This document shows positions 7,800 to 16,357 of a DNA stretch of 64,000 nucleotides, one piece after another. The stretch comes from Candidatus Iainarchaeum sp. (GTDB lineage: Archaea; Iainarchaeota; Iainarchaeia; Iainarchaeales; JAXPJC01), in NCBI GenBank assembly GCA_016187745.1, contig JACPJC010000005.1, forward strand, positions 32,001 through 96,000. Reading direction: 5' to 3'. The number at the start of each line of letters is the position of its first letter. Positions within the stretch are counted from its first letter, which is position 1. A program made the position numbers and the translations under genes. Below the pieces are notes generated by a model, which was not told the origin of the DNA, ran no database searches, and saw nothing but the letters and a program-made list of their open reading frames with translations.

Positions 7800-9182
7800 C
7801 TATTCCATAAATTCTTCCTTTCCCTTGAGATAGCGCGTCAAAAAGCGCCGGAATTCCGCATTCTTCCCGTAAAGCGCCGATATTCCTTTCGCATCCAGAA
7901 CCCTGCAGCCGGATTTTATTGCGCGCTTTATGTCTTTTTTCTCCTTTTTTGCCAATTCCTTTGCATTAACGCAAAGCAGCTTTTTCACATCCGCAAATTC
8001 GCGCCTTGTTTCAATCACCCAGCGCCCTTTCTCAATCCTGGGACCTGAAATTATCCTCCCCTTGTGCGCCGCAATAAATCTTTTTTGGTTTTCCAAATCC
8101 TCCGCAAAAGGCCCGATGCGCCCCATTGTTTTCGGAAGCGCCAATTCCTTAAGCTCGTAAATCAGCGCAATTGTTTTTTTCTCATCGCTCCAGCTGTCTG
8201 AGCGCACAACATCAAATTCATACTGCTTCAGCTGCACAGAAATCTTCCTCTCAAGCCTTCTCAGTTCGCCCCACATTATGTCCGGCAGGACATTCTTCGG
8301 ATATGCCAGCTGCAGCGCAATTATTTCCTTTTTTGAAAGCATTTGCCTTATTTTCCCAATGCCCCAGCATTTCACAAGCTCTGGAAAGAAAAATTTCTCA
8401 GCCGGCTTTTCCAAAAACGCATTTGCAGCAAGCACCATCCTTTCAAACTGCTCGCGGGAAAGCGCTGCAGCAACATTCCTCCCCTTGTCTATCGGGTCAA
8501 TTATTATAAGCGCAGAAGCAGGGAACATTTTTCTCACATCTTTCTCATTCCAATAACCCTCCAAATCAATTACCTTCCCGAAATGCCACTCCGCAATTGC
8601 CTTCAGGCAGTCCTCAAATTCCCCATATTCCAGAATAAGCAGCTCAATTACATATCCCGGAACGCTTGCAAATTTCAGGTCAGCGCCATAACAGCCGATT
8701 CCCTTCATGAACTGGCGCAGCAATCTTACTTCGCTCCTGTGCCCTTCATTCAGGTTCTTCAGCAGGTATTTTGTATGAAAGGCAGTCCGGTCAACAGCAC
8801 TTTTCAGTTCCCCTGTGTGCTCAATCTTATAGCTCGGAACAATCTCAACATCATACCCTTCAACATTTGCGCGAAGGTAAGGATGTTCGGAATACGCCTC
8901 AAACCATTTGTATCCCTTAAGCACCTTCTTTCCGATGCGAAGCCCCTCCTTTACAAATTCCTCCCTTGAGAGATGCTTTGGAAACAAAACAAAAATATCA
9001 ATGTCCCTGTCGCCTTTAAGATGGGTGTTCCGCGCAAGAGAGCCGGCCAGCAGGCAATCGACATGCCTGCCCTCCATTGATTTTATCTTCCCAATAAGTT
9101 TGTCCGCAAGCGCAATTTCGCTTGCATACTCCAAGGCGCTTGGGGTTATTTTTGCAAGCACTTTTTGCAGCAGCTTGTCCAT
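7800..9182 (-). CDS. cca: Class I (archaeal) CCA-adding enzyme
   Basis: GSLARNTHLKGDRDIDIF, YSEHPY, SAVDRTAFH, DPIDKGRNVAAA. Confidence 0.96.
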   Translation of the reverse strand: MDKLLQKVLAKITPSALEYASEIALADKLIGKIKSMEGRHVDCLLAGSLARNTHLKGDRDIDIFVLFPKHLSREEFVKEGLRIGKKVLKGYKWFEAYSEHPYLRANVEGYDVEIVPSYKIEHTGELKSAVDRTAFHTKYLLKNLNEGHRSEVRLLRQFMKGIGCYGADLKFASVPGYVIELLILEYGEFEDCLKAIAEWHFGKVIDLEGYWNEKDVRKMFPASALIIIDPIDKGRNVAAALSREQFERMVLAANAFLEKPAEKFFFPELVKCWGIGKIRQMLSKKEIIALQLAYPKNVLPDIMWGELRRLERKISVQLKQYEFDVVRSDSWSDEKKTIALIYELKELALPKTMGRIGPFAEDLENQKRFIAAHKGRIISGPRIEKGRWVIETRREFADVKKLLCVNAKELAKKEKKDIKRAIKSGCRVLDAKGISALYGKNAEFRRFLTRYLKGKEEFME

Positions 9183-9211
9183 GTTAGCAATTATATAGAA
9201 AGAGGAATATA

Positions 9212-9235
9212 TTGGTTTTGTTTAAACAAAACCAA
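9212..9235. repeat. Perfect 24 bp palindrome between thpR and cca
   Basis: ttggttttgttt|aaacaaaaccaa directly adjacent to the thpR stop codon. Confidence 0.85.
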
Positions 9236-9772
9236 CTACTTAAGCATTACTCTCCTTACCACACTATATTCAGGCCCACTCCGCATGAGCTTGCTTTCCA
9301 TTATGTCAATGCTTTCCACTTTAATGTTTGCGGAGTAATTTTCGGCCTTCAATCTTCCAAGCACCTCATCAACTTCCCTTCTTTTTAGCATTTTATTCCT
9401 TGCAAGAGTGATATGCGCATGGAACCTTTCATCATGGAGACTGAGCGCATCATCAATCATTGCGGAAATGCGCTGAAACTCCCCGCTTCCTTCAGCAATT
9501 CCAATCCATATTACGCGCGCATTGAAATCCCCAATCCCTGAAATGGTTGCATTGAAGCGGGTCTCATTTTCAATAATTTGCATTTTTTCCCCAATTTCCT
9601 CCAGCTTTTCATCGCTTACATAACCCAAAAATTTCATTGTTATGTGCAGGTTCTGCATTCCCACAACCTTGCACTTTTCTTGCGGAATTTTGCAACTCAG
9701 CCTTTCATAAATCTGCCGCTTGATTTCCTCAGGCAGATTGACTGCAATGAAAATCCTTCTAAATTCCGCCAT
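9236..9772 (-). CDS. thpR: RNA 2',3'-cyclic phosphodiesterase (2H family, LigT/ThpR)
   Basis: Two HxT motifs (LHITMKFLG, HAHITLAR); adjacent to cca as in many archaea. Confidence 0.93.
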   Translation of the reverse strand: MAEFRRIFIAVNLPEEIKRQIYERLSCKIPQEKCKVVGMQNLHITMKFLGYVSDEKLEEIGEKMQIIENETRFNATISGIGDFNARVIWIGIAEGSGEFQRISAMIDDALSLHDERFHAHITLARNKMLKRREVDEVLGRLKAENYSANIKVESIDIMESKLMRSGPEYSVVRRVMLK

Positions 9773-9776
9773 ATTC

Positions 9777-10177
9777 TCACACAAGCCTTAAAATGAAAGT
9801 CTTTGTTCCAACATAATTCTTGGGATATATTCTCACAGGCTTCCATTCTTTTGCCTTTGCCATGACTCTCAGCATCCCGTGATTTTCAGAGCTTACATCA
9901 ATAAACAATTTCCTATTTTGTTTTTCTTTGCATAATCTGCAATGTCCTTAAGAAATTCTCCAGCCAGATCATGCCCCCTGCGCTTCGGATGCACATACAC
10001 CCTGGATATGTGCAAGCCGTATTTGCCTTCCTTGTGGAACAAAGCGAATGAGCCTCCTATCTTGCGTGGCACATTAATTAATGCTGGTTCCGGGAGAGCG
10101 TTTGCATGCACAGGCTTTCCTGAATGTGCAATAATCACATTTCCATATCTTGCATGATTTATTTTCACGCGCCTCAT
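9777..10177 (-). pseudogene. GNAT-family acetyltransferase interrupted by a 1-nt frameshift near 9909-9911
   Basis: Motif A ISRVYVHPKRRGHDLA in the first frame; the shifted frame continues KLFIDVSSENHGMLRVMAKAKEWKP...ILRLV* to 9777. Confidence 0.65.
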
Positions 10178-10782
10178 TCCAGTTTCTCCTTCGCGGCTTT
10201 CTCAAGCCTCTTCAAAAGTTCGTAATTCTTCCTCAGTTTGCTGTTTGCCTCATCCAGTATCTGCTTCATATATTCCCTCTCAATGAGTATTTTCGCGCCC
10301 TTTTTTACAGGCAGGCTTATGCTTTGAGTGCCAACAAACTCCGCAATGCATTTTCCCTTCTTTGCGACTATTATGCCCCCGCGCTTTACCCCCGCATTGC
10401 GCATCACATTTAGCAATGAATCCGCATCCCCGAGGCTTTTTGTTCCAATGTGAATTATGAACGGCTCCATCTTGAACCAGAGGGTTCCAGTGCTCTTCGC
10501 TTCCAATCCCCTCCATAATTCAGCAAATTTAACCGCGCGGTGCCATTTCCTGTGGAAGTAGCTTTCCTCCTTTGTTCCCTTACCATACAATCCCAGAAGC
10601 ATTATCCTTCCCGCGCACCCGGATGAAGTGAAAAAATTCTTTGTGGAATTTATGTAATTGCACAAAGAAAGCATTTTTTCATCAGCCTTTCCTTCCCTTA
10701 CCGCATTTTCCCAGTTTTCCCTGTTGTGCAGCTTGCTCATCCTCCAGCGCTCATTTTCCGAAAAATCCATAAGCCTCTTCAT
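10174..10782 (-). CDS. taw3: tRNA wyosine-derivative methyltransferase Taw3/Tyw3
   Basis: FFTSSGCAGRI, KWH and EPFIIHI motifs. Confidence 0.9.
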   Translation of the reverse strand: MKRLMDFSENERWRMSKLHNRENWENAVREGKADEKMLSLCNYINSTKNFFTSSGCAGRIMLLGLYGKGTKEESYFHRKWHRAVKFAELWRGLEAKSTGTLWFKMEPFIIHIGTKSLGDADSLLNVMRNAGVKRGGIIVAKKGKCIAEFVGTQSISLPVKKGAKILIEREYMKQILDEANSKLRKNYELLKRLEKAAKEKLE

Positions 10783-11447
10783 ATTTCAAATTGCACCTTC
10801 AGCAGTTTCATTTTTCCGTTAAGTTCGGCGAGCAGGGCATTCCCCTCTTTCAGCGGGCCGACATTTATGGATTTTGTTTTTCCAATTTCAATCTCCCCCT
10901 TCGCCTCGTGCACATGCGCGCATATGTGCAGCAGGGGCTGGAACTTCTCAATCGCCCTGCTTATTTCCCTGCAGCCGAGATGCACGCCAAATCCCGCAAG
11001 GTCAATTTTTACATTATACGGGGGGGAATGCGTAACAAGGATTGTTTTTTTCGGGTTCGTTCCGGGAAGCAGCCCATTCAAAACTTTTTTTGCCTCCAAA
11101 TCCCCGAGGCTGAACTTATAAAAAGTGTGGTAGGGGATTGCGCCGCCAAGCCCGATGAAAGCATAGCCCCCGAATTCAATTTTTCTCTTGTGCAGGAGAA
11201 TTCCCTTTTTCTCCAGCAGTTCCACAACTTGCTTGCCGTCCATGTTCCCCGGAACCGCAATTATTTTTTCCGCAAAATCCAGCTCATTTAGGACCCTTTC
11301 AGCGCTTTCAGCCATGCCGTCATCAGTTATGTCCCCGGCAATTGCAATCAAACCAATCCCGGCACCTGAAAATTTCTCCTTAAGCCTCCGCGCGGCAAGC
11401 GCATTGGAATGCGCATCAGCAATGAAAAGCACTTTCATGAAAACCAA
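10779..11447 (-). CDS. Calcineurin-like metallophosphoesterase
   Basis: ADAH, GDITD, PGNMD, THSPP and AHVHE motifs. Confidence 0.9.
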   Translation of the reverse strand: MVFMKVLFIADAHSNALAARRLKEKFSGAGIGLIAIAGDITDDGMAESAERVLNELDFAEKIIAVPGNMDGKQVVELLEKKGILLHKRKIEFGGYAFIGLGGAIPYHTFYKFSLGDLEAKKVLNGLLPGTNPKKTILVTHSPPYNVKIDLAGFGVHLGCREISRAIEKFQPLLHICAHVHEAKGEIEIGKTKSINVGPLKEGNALLAELNGKMKLLKVQFEI

Positions 11448-11489
11448 CCTTTATAATTTTATATCCTTAATTATATATTGGGGTGCAGA

Positions 11490-12290
11490 ATGTTAAATAA
11501 GTTTGTTATTTTGCTTCTTTTGACCCTTATGCTGGGCTTTGCAAGCGCGGACATTCTGATAACTTCCCCAATGGAAAGCCGCCTTCTCCCGAATGAAAGG
11601 CTCGAGCTCGGCTCAATTTCTCCCGGAGAAACGCTCATAATAGGCATTAATTCAGACACGGGCTACACGACCCAGCAGAAATGGAGCAGGGCGGAATTCA
11701 TTGCGGAAACGCTCCCCGAGAACTGGGAATACACTAACTCAAAATACCTTGCGGATGTTTTTACACTGCAGCTGAAAGTTCCGGAAGATGCGGAAAAAGG
11801 CGCATACAATGCGAAAATAAAGCTTACAGACGTGAAGCACAACATTCCGGATGAATTTGTGCAGCTTCTTTTCTATGTTGAGGACAATTTGATAACCGCG
11901 GACATTTCGGATTTGAGGCAGGATGTGGTTGTTGGAACCGAAGCAAAATTCAAGCTCACAATAATAAACGACTCAATAGCTGAACATGAAATTTCTGTTT
12001 CCTCAACGCTCCCGAGCTACTGGTTTGCGGAGCAGAAAATAACAGCAAAGCCGAAATCAGTAATCACAAAAACCCTTAAGGTCGATCCGAGGGTATATGG
12101 CGCAAAGCAGTTTGATTTTTACATAGCTTCAGAACAAACAGGAAAGAAAATCGCAACATTCAATGCGCAGCTGAATGTTCTCCCTACCCCCCCAAGCAAG
12201 TTCGCGTCCGGCTTCAACGGCCTTGCGTTCTTCACCCCGAACATGCTTGTAAGCTATTTCATAAACTCATTCATAAGCCTGCTTGGTTAA
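11490..12290 (+). CDS. Secreted/surface protein with probable beta-sandwich domains and a C-terminal hydrophobic tail
   Basis: Signal peptide MLNKFVILLLLTLMLGFASA; VPEDAEKGAYNAKI Ig-like motif. Confidence 0.6.
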   Translation: MLNKFVILLLLTLMLGFASADILITSPMESRLLPNERLELGSISPGETLIIGINSDTGYTTQQKWSRAEFIAETLPENWEYTNSKYLADVFTLQLKVPEDAEKGAYNAKIKLTDVKHNIPDEFVQLLFYVEDNLITADISDLRQDVVVGTEAKFKLTIINDSIAEHEISVSSTLPSYWFAEQKITAKPKSVITKTLKVDPRVYGAKQFDFYIASEQTGKKIATFNAQLNVLPTPPSKFASGFNGLAFFTPNMLVSYFINSFISLLG

Positions 12291-12294
12291 ATTT

Positions 12295-13881
12295 ATGGAC
12301 GAAGAAATTGCCCATTATTCAAGGCAGATAATTTCCGAAATTATCTCCGGGAAGATTGCTGATTTGAAGCGGCTGAATGAAAGGAAAATGCAATTAAGCA
12401 GGGAGCTGATGATTCCCCGGCTTCCGAAAAACCCGGACATACTCGCATACGCAAAGAAAAAAACCCCGAAATTGATTTCCTTCCTCGGGATAAAGCCCGT
12501 TCGCACGCTTTCAGGGATTGCTGTTGTAGCGGTAATGCCGGCTCCGCAGGAATGCCCGGGAAAATGCATTTACTGCCCCTCAGGAAGGGCCTTCAATAAA
12601 AACTCCCCGAAAAGCTACACAGGATTTGAGCCCGCAACAATGCGCGCTCTCCGCGCGGATTTTGACGCATTTGAGCAGACTTCCGGGCGCATAAAGCAAT
12701 TGCAGATCACAGGCCACAAAACTGACAAAATAGAATTGATTGTCATGGGCGGAACTTTTCCGGCTTGCAGATTTTCCTACCAAAAAAAATTCATAAAGGA
12801 ATGCACCGATGCAATAACGGGCAAAAAGTCCCGCGACTTGCAGCAGGCGCAGAAGAATGCGGAAACCTCAAAACAGCGCCTAATTGGAATTACATTTGAA
12901 ACAAGGCCTGATTACTGCAAGCAGAAGGAAATTAAAAACATGCTTGCATTGGGCGCAACGCGAGTTGAATTGGGCGTGCAGAACATCGATGATGAAATTT
13001 ACAGGAAAATAGGCAGAAACCACAGCGTTGAAGATGTAATAAATGCAACGCAGCTGCTGAAGGATTCCGCGCTGAAAGTCTGCTATCACATGATGCCAGG
13101 CCTGCCCGGCAGCACTTACAAAAAGGATTTGCATGCGTTCAGGGAAATTTTTACAAATCCGAATTTCAGTCCGGATATGCTCAAAATCTACCCCTGCATT
13201 GTGGTAAAGGGCACAAAACTATATGATTTGTGGAAGAAGGGAGCATACAACCCTTACACAACAGAACAGGCAGCAAAACTGATTTCAGAAATAAAGCCCC
13301 TTGTTCCCAGATGGATGAGGATTATGCGCATCCAGCGCGACATTCCACTGCATAAGATCTCCGCGGGCGTTGCCCAGAGCAATTTGAGGCAGATTGTGAA
13401 GCGCAAAATGCGCGCAAAAAGCGCAAAATGCAGATGCATACGCTGCAGGGAGGCTGGCCAGCGCAGCTATCTTGAGAACGAATTTGCCGATATGGAAAAA
13501 ATAAAAATCCTTTCCGAAACCTACAGCGCAAGCAATGGCGAGGAAATCTTCATTTCAGCCGAGGACACAAAAAGGGATTTGCTCCTTGGATTCTGCAGAT
13601 TGCGCATTCCAAATGCGCCATTCATCAAACCACTTACCGAACATACTGCGCTTGTAAGGGAGCTGCACGTTTATGGCGAGCTTCTCGGATTGGGGGAGAA
13701 AAAGCCAGGCGCCTATCAGCACAAGGGCTTTGGGAAGGCGCTCCTGCAGGAGGCCGAGCGAATTGCAAATGCGCAGTATGGCATGGAAAGAATTGCAGTA
13801 ATGTCCGGAATCGGCGCAAGGCAGTACTATAAAAAATTGGGTTATTCCCTTGAAGCGCCCTATGTGCTCAAATCCCCATAA
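12295..13881 (+). CDS. elp3: Elp3 tRNA U34 acetyltransferase (radical SAM + GNAT)
   Basis: CPGKCIYCP, PKSYTG, ETRPD, RIQRDIP, RELHVYG, QHKGFG. Confidence 0.97.
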   Translation: MDEEIAHYSRQIISEIISGKIADLKRLNERKMQLSRELMIPRLPKNPDILAYAKKKTPKLISFLGIKPVRTLSGIAVVAVMPAPQECPGKCIYCPSGRAFNKNSPKSYTGFEPATMRALRADFDAFEQTSGRIKQLQITGHKTDKIELIVMGGTFPACRFSYQKKFIKECTDAITGKKSRDLQQAQKNAETSKQRLIGITFETRPDYCKQKEIKNMLALGATRVELGVQNIDDEIYRKIGRNHSVEDVINATQLLKDSALKVCYHMMPGLPGSTYKKDLHAFREIFTNPNFSPDMLKIYPCIVVKGTKLYDLWKKGAYNPYTTEQAAKLISEIKPLVPRWMRIMRIQRDIPLHKISAGVAQSNLRQIVKRKMRAKSAKCRCIRCREAGQRSYLENEFADMEKIKILSETYSASNGEEIFISAEDTKRDLLLGFCRLRIPNAPFIKPLTEHTALVRELHVYGELLGLGEKKPGAYQHKGFGKALLQEAERIANAQYGMERIAVMSGIGARQYYKKLGYSLEAPYVLKSP

Positions 13882-13933
13882 TATCCTACTAATTTATATA
13901 TAATAATTATAGTATTATTATAGAGGCAATTTT

Positions 13934-14281
13934 ATGGGAAAGGCACTGGTAGCAACCCTTGGCGCTGGAAGGGGGACATGGGGCCATGTTGCAAGGCTCA
14001 TTGCTACAGAGGAATGGGATTCTATTCTGCTGGTTTCAAATGAATGGGCCAAGGAGAAGTTCGCCCCCGCAAAGGAAGTGGAATGGATTCTCCTGAACAA
14101 CCGCGCTGGCTTTGACATTATAAAAGACACAATAAAGGAAAAGCTTCCTAAAGGAGAAATTGCAATAAGCATGGCATCCGGCGCGGGAAAAGAGCACATG
14201 GCGCTTATTGCTGCGCTGAATGAAACAAACCGCACTTACACGATCGTTACGCTCACAAAGAATGGCTTAAAGTATTATTGA
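13934..14281 (+). CDS. Small Rossmann-like hypothetical protein, possibly CARF-like
   Basis: LVATLGAGRGTW at the N-terminus and ISMASGAGKEHMALIAAL later. Confidence 0.55.
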   Translation: MGKALVATLGAGRGTWGHVARLIATEEWDSILLVSNEWAKEKFAPAKEVEWILLNNRAGFDIIKDTIKEKLPKGEIAISMASGAGKEHMALIAALNETNRTYTIVTLTKNGLKYY

Positions 14282-14310
14282 GTTTATTAAGCATTTAGGA
14301 AACTCCCGAT

Positions 14311-14670
14311 ATGTTTGAGTATGTTCTATTAGTTATTGTGGCAATTCTGGCAATCTTCCTTATTTTCCTATACAAGAAATCAAAGTCCCTTGAATTCCGG
14401 CTTTCAGAGCTCGGCTTCAGGAAGGCATCGCAATCAGTGAAATACGGCAAGCTTACGGAGCAGTGGATTCCGATGAGCAGGGATTTCCCCTACAACCCGA
14501 ATGATTTCAGGTTCATTGGCAGCCCCATTGACGGAATTGTTTTTGACGATTCGGAAATAGTTTTCTGCGAATTCAAGGCAGCAAATTCGCAGCTCAACGA
14601 AAACCAGAAGCGCATCAAGCAGCAAGTGGAAAACAAGAAAGTGAAATGGCTCGAATTTAGGGCTGAATAG
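14311..14670 (+). CDS. Membrane-anchored Holliday-junction-resolvase-like PD-(D/E)XK endonuclease
   Basis: N-terminal TM helix; GKLTEQWIP, RFIGSPIDGIVF and FCEFK motifs. Confidence 0.85.
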   Translation: MFEYVLLVIVAILAIFLIFLYKKSKSLEFRLSELGFRKASQSVKYGKLTEQWIPMSRDFPYNPNDFRFIGSPIDGIVFDDSEIVFCEFKAANSQLNENQKRIKQQVENKKVKWLEFRAE

Positions 14671-14704
14671 GAAATGCCACAAGTATTTTTTTATTTTATG
14701 TCCA

Positions 14705-15265
14705 TCAGGCTAAATTTCTCCTGAGCAGTATCATTACAGGAAGGTCATTTTTATGTTGTTTTCTGAGCATTTGCCTTATTTCTGGCAGCGCTGGCAATTC
14801 ATCACGCAGCCCAATGCCAAGAATTCCTTTTAATTCTATTTCACAATGCTTGTCAACCTTCCATCCAAGCCCAAGAAGTGTATTAATAACAGATTTTTTT
14901 GTAGTATTTACAATAGCTTCTTCACCGCCCTTTTCCTTTATTATAAATTCCATTAATCTAAAGCACAACCTTCCGAGATTCAAACCTCGAGATACAGGCA
15001 TTATTTCCCTGTGGTTAATATTCCATTCTTTATTATCAAGAGTTATTGCATTAAATACTGCAATTTCTTTTTTTGTCTTATCACTCAATCTCAAGCCAAT
15101 GGCTCTATCAGACCCGCTACGAATATCATTTGCAAAAATTCTTTCATCCCCCATGATTATATATTCACCTCTCCGCATTTCTCTAAAACTCGGGCTTCCT
15201 TTAGCGCGCCTGACCTTCCATTCCTTTGGAATGTTTTTGTAAAATCTTTCATATGGCATATTCAC
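14705..15265 (-). CDS. Hypothetical protein, GNAT-like
   Basis: HREIMPVSRGLNLGRLCF resembles GNAT motif A; AT-rich ORF. Confidence 0.5.
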   Translation of the reverse strand: MNMPYERFYKNIPKEWKVRRAKGSPSFREMRRGEYIIMGDERIFANDIRSGSDRAIGLRLSDKTKKEIAVFNAITLDNKEWNINHREIMPVSRGLNLGRLCFRLMEFIIKEKGGEEAIVNTTKKSVINTLLGLGWKVDKHCEIELKGILGIGLRDELPALPEIRQMLRKQHKNDLPVMILLRRNLA

Positions 15266-16305
15266 TCAACCCTGAACCTCAGGAGCGCTGCAATCCCTGT
15301 AAGCCCCTGCAGCTGCTTTCCCGCATCGCCCTCAGCGCTTATTATATGGACCTCGGCATTTGTTTTTTCCGCGCTTTCCATGAGCGCTTCCATTTTTTCC
15401 CGCTCCGCAAACAATTTCTCGTCAGTTATGAGAATTTTCTTGACAGCGCCGTAATTTATTGCATTCTGCACTTCCTTCTCCCCATAGGCAACAAGCCCCG
15501 AATTCTTTGCAAGCTCCTCGTATAATTTTGAAATGTTCCTGATTTCCTCCGCAACCGCAGTTTCCTTCAGCACGCTTTCAATAAGCCCAGACTTTACTGC
15601 CTCATTCAGCCCGGTTTCCCCCACAGAATTTGTTGCGCCCCAAACAATATCAAATTTCGCGCCTTTCTCCTCCAGATATTTCTCAAAATCCTCCTTCGCG
15701 AATCCCGGCCCCGCAACGATTATCTTATCCGCCTTTATTTCGGAAATTTTTTTGAGTAGTTCTGAAAAATACTTTTTCTGTGCATCTTCTGTTGCGTATC
15801 TTTTCCCTGATTTTCCCGCGTGCATTTTCAGCTTGTGCTCCAGCCCGAACTGCTTCACAAGCGCAAAGTCCGCCTGCTCATCATCCATTACCAGCAAAAG
15901 CAATTGAGGTATTTTTGTCGCCTGCTCCGCCTTCTTCAGGCGCGCAATCTGATACTGCTTCAGCTTCAGTTTTTTTATTTTTATCGGCTCGTTCAAAATT
16001 ATTTCAAGAGTATGGGAACTCCCAAGCGGGGCAACATCCTCGGGCTTTGCATATTTCACAGTCCCCGAGGCGCGCAATTGCTTTGAATACTTGTGGAACT
16101 CAACCTTCTGGACGGCAATTTCAAGGAAAAACTTCTCCCTCTTGCTTTCAGCGCCTTCATTTTCACTAACCCTGATTTTCCTAGTGCTTGCTCCGCTGAG
16201 CACATCATTCGGCTCAATTATCCTCTCAAGATGCCAGAGGTCATCAATTGTCTGCGGCACAACCTGCAGGAAATTCTCCCCTGCATCAATCTTCAGAATG
16301 CGCAT
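15262..16305 (-). CDS. pelA: Pelota (Dom34) ribosome rescue factor
   Basis: DDLWHL, AGPGFAKEDF, LVAYGEKEV and GIAALLRF motifs. Confidence 0.96.
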   Translation of the reverse strand: MRILKIDAGENFLQVVPQTIDDLWHLERIIEPNDVLSGASTRKIRVSENEGAESKREKFFLEIAVQKVEFHKYSKQLRASGTVKYAKPEDVAPLGSSHTLEIILNEPIKIKKLKLKQYQIARLKKAEQATKIPQLLLLVMDDEQADFALVKQFGLEHKLKMHAGKSGKRYATEDAQKKYFSELLKKISEIKADKIIVAGPGFAKEDFEKYLEEKGAKFDIVWGATNSVGETGLNEAVKSGLIESVLKETAVAEEIRNISKLYEELAKNSGLVAYGEKEVQNAINYGAVKKILITDEKLFAEREKMEALMESAEKTNAEVHIISAEGDAGKQLQGLTGIAALLRFRVE

Positions 16306-16357
16306 AGATATGTTATGCAGATACTGCTTTTTAACTATTTTTACCCCCCTTCAATAT

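Noticed and set aside
16091-16357. N-terminal extension of ABCE1
   Set aside because: Antisense to the pelota 5' end; the family-typical start is at 16358
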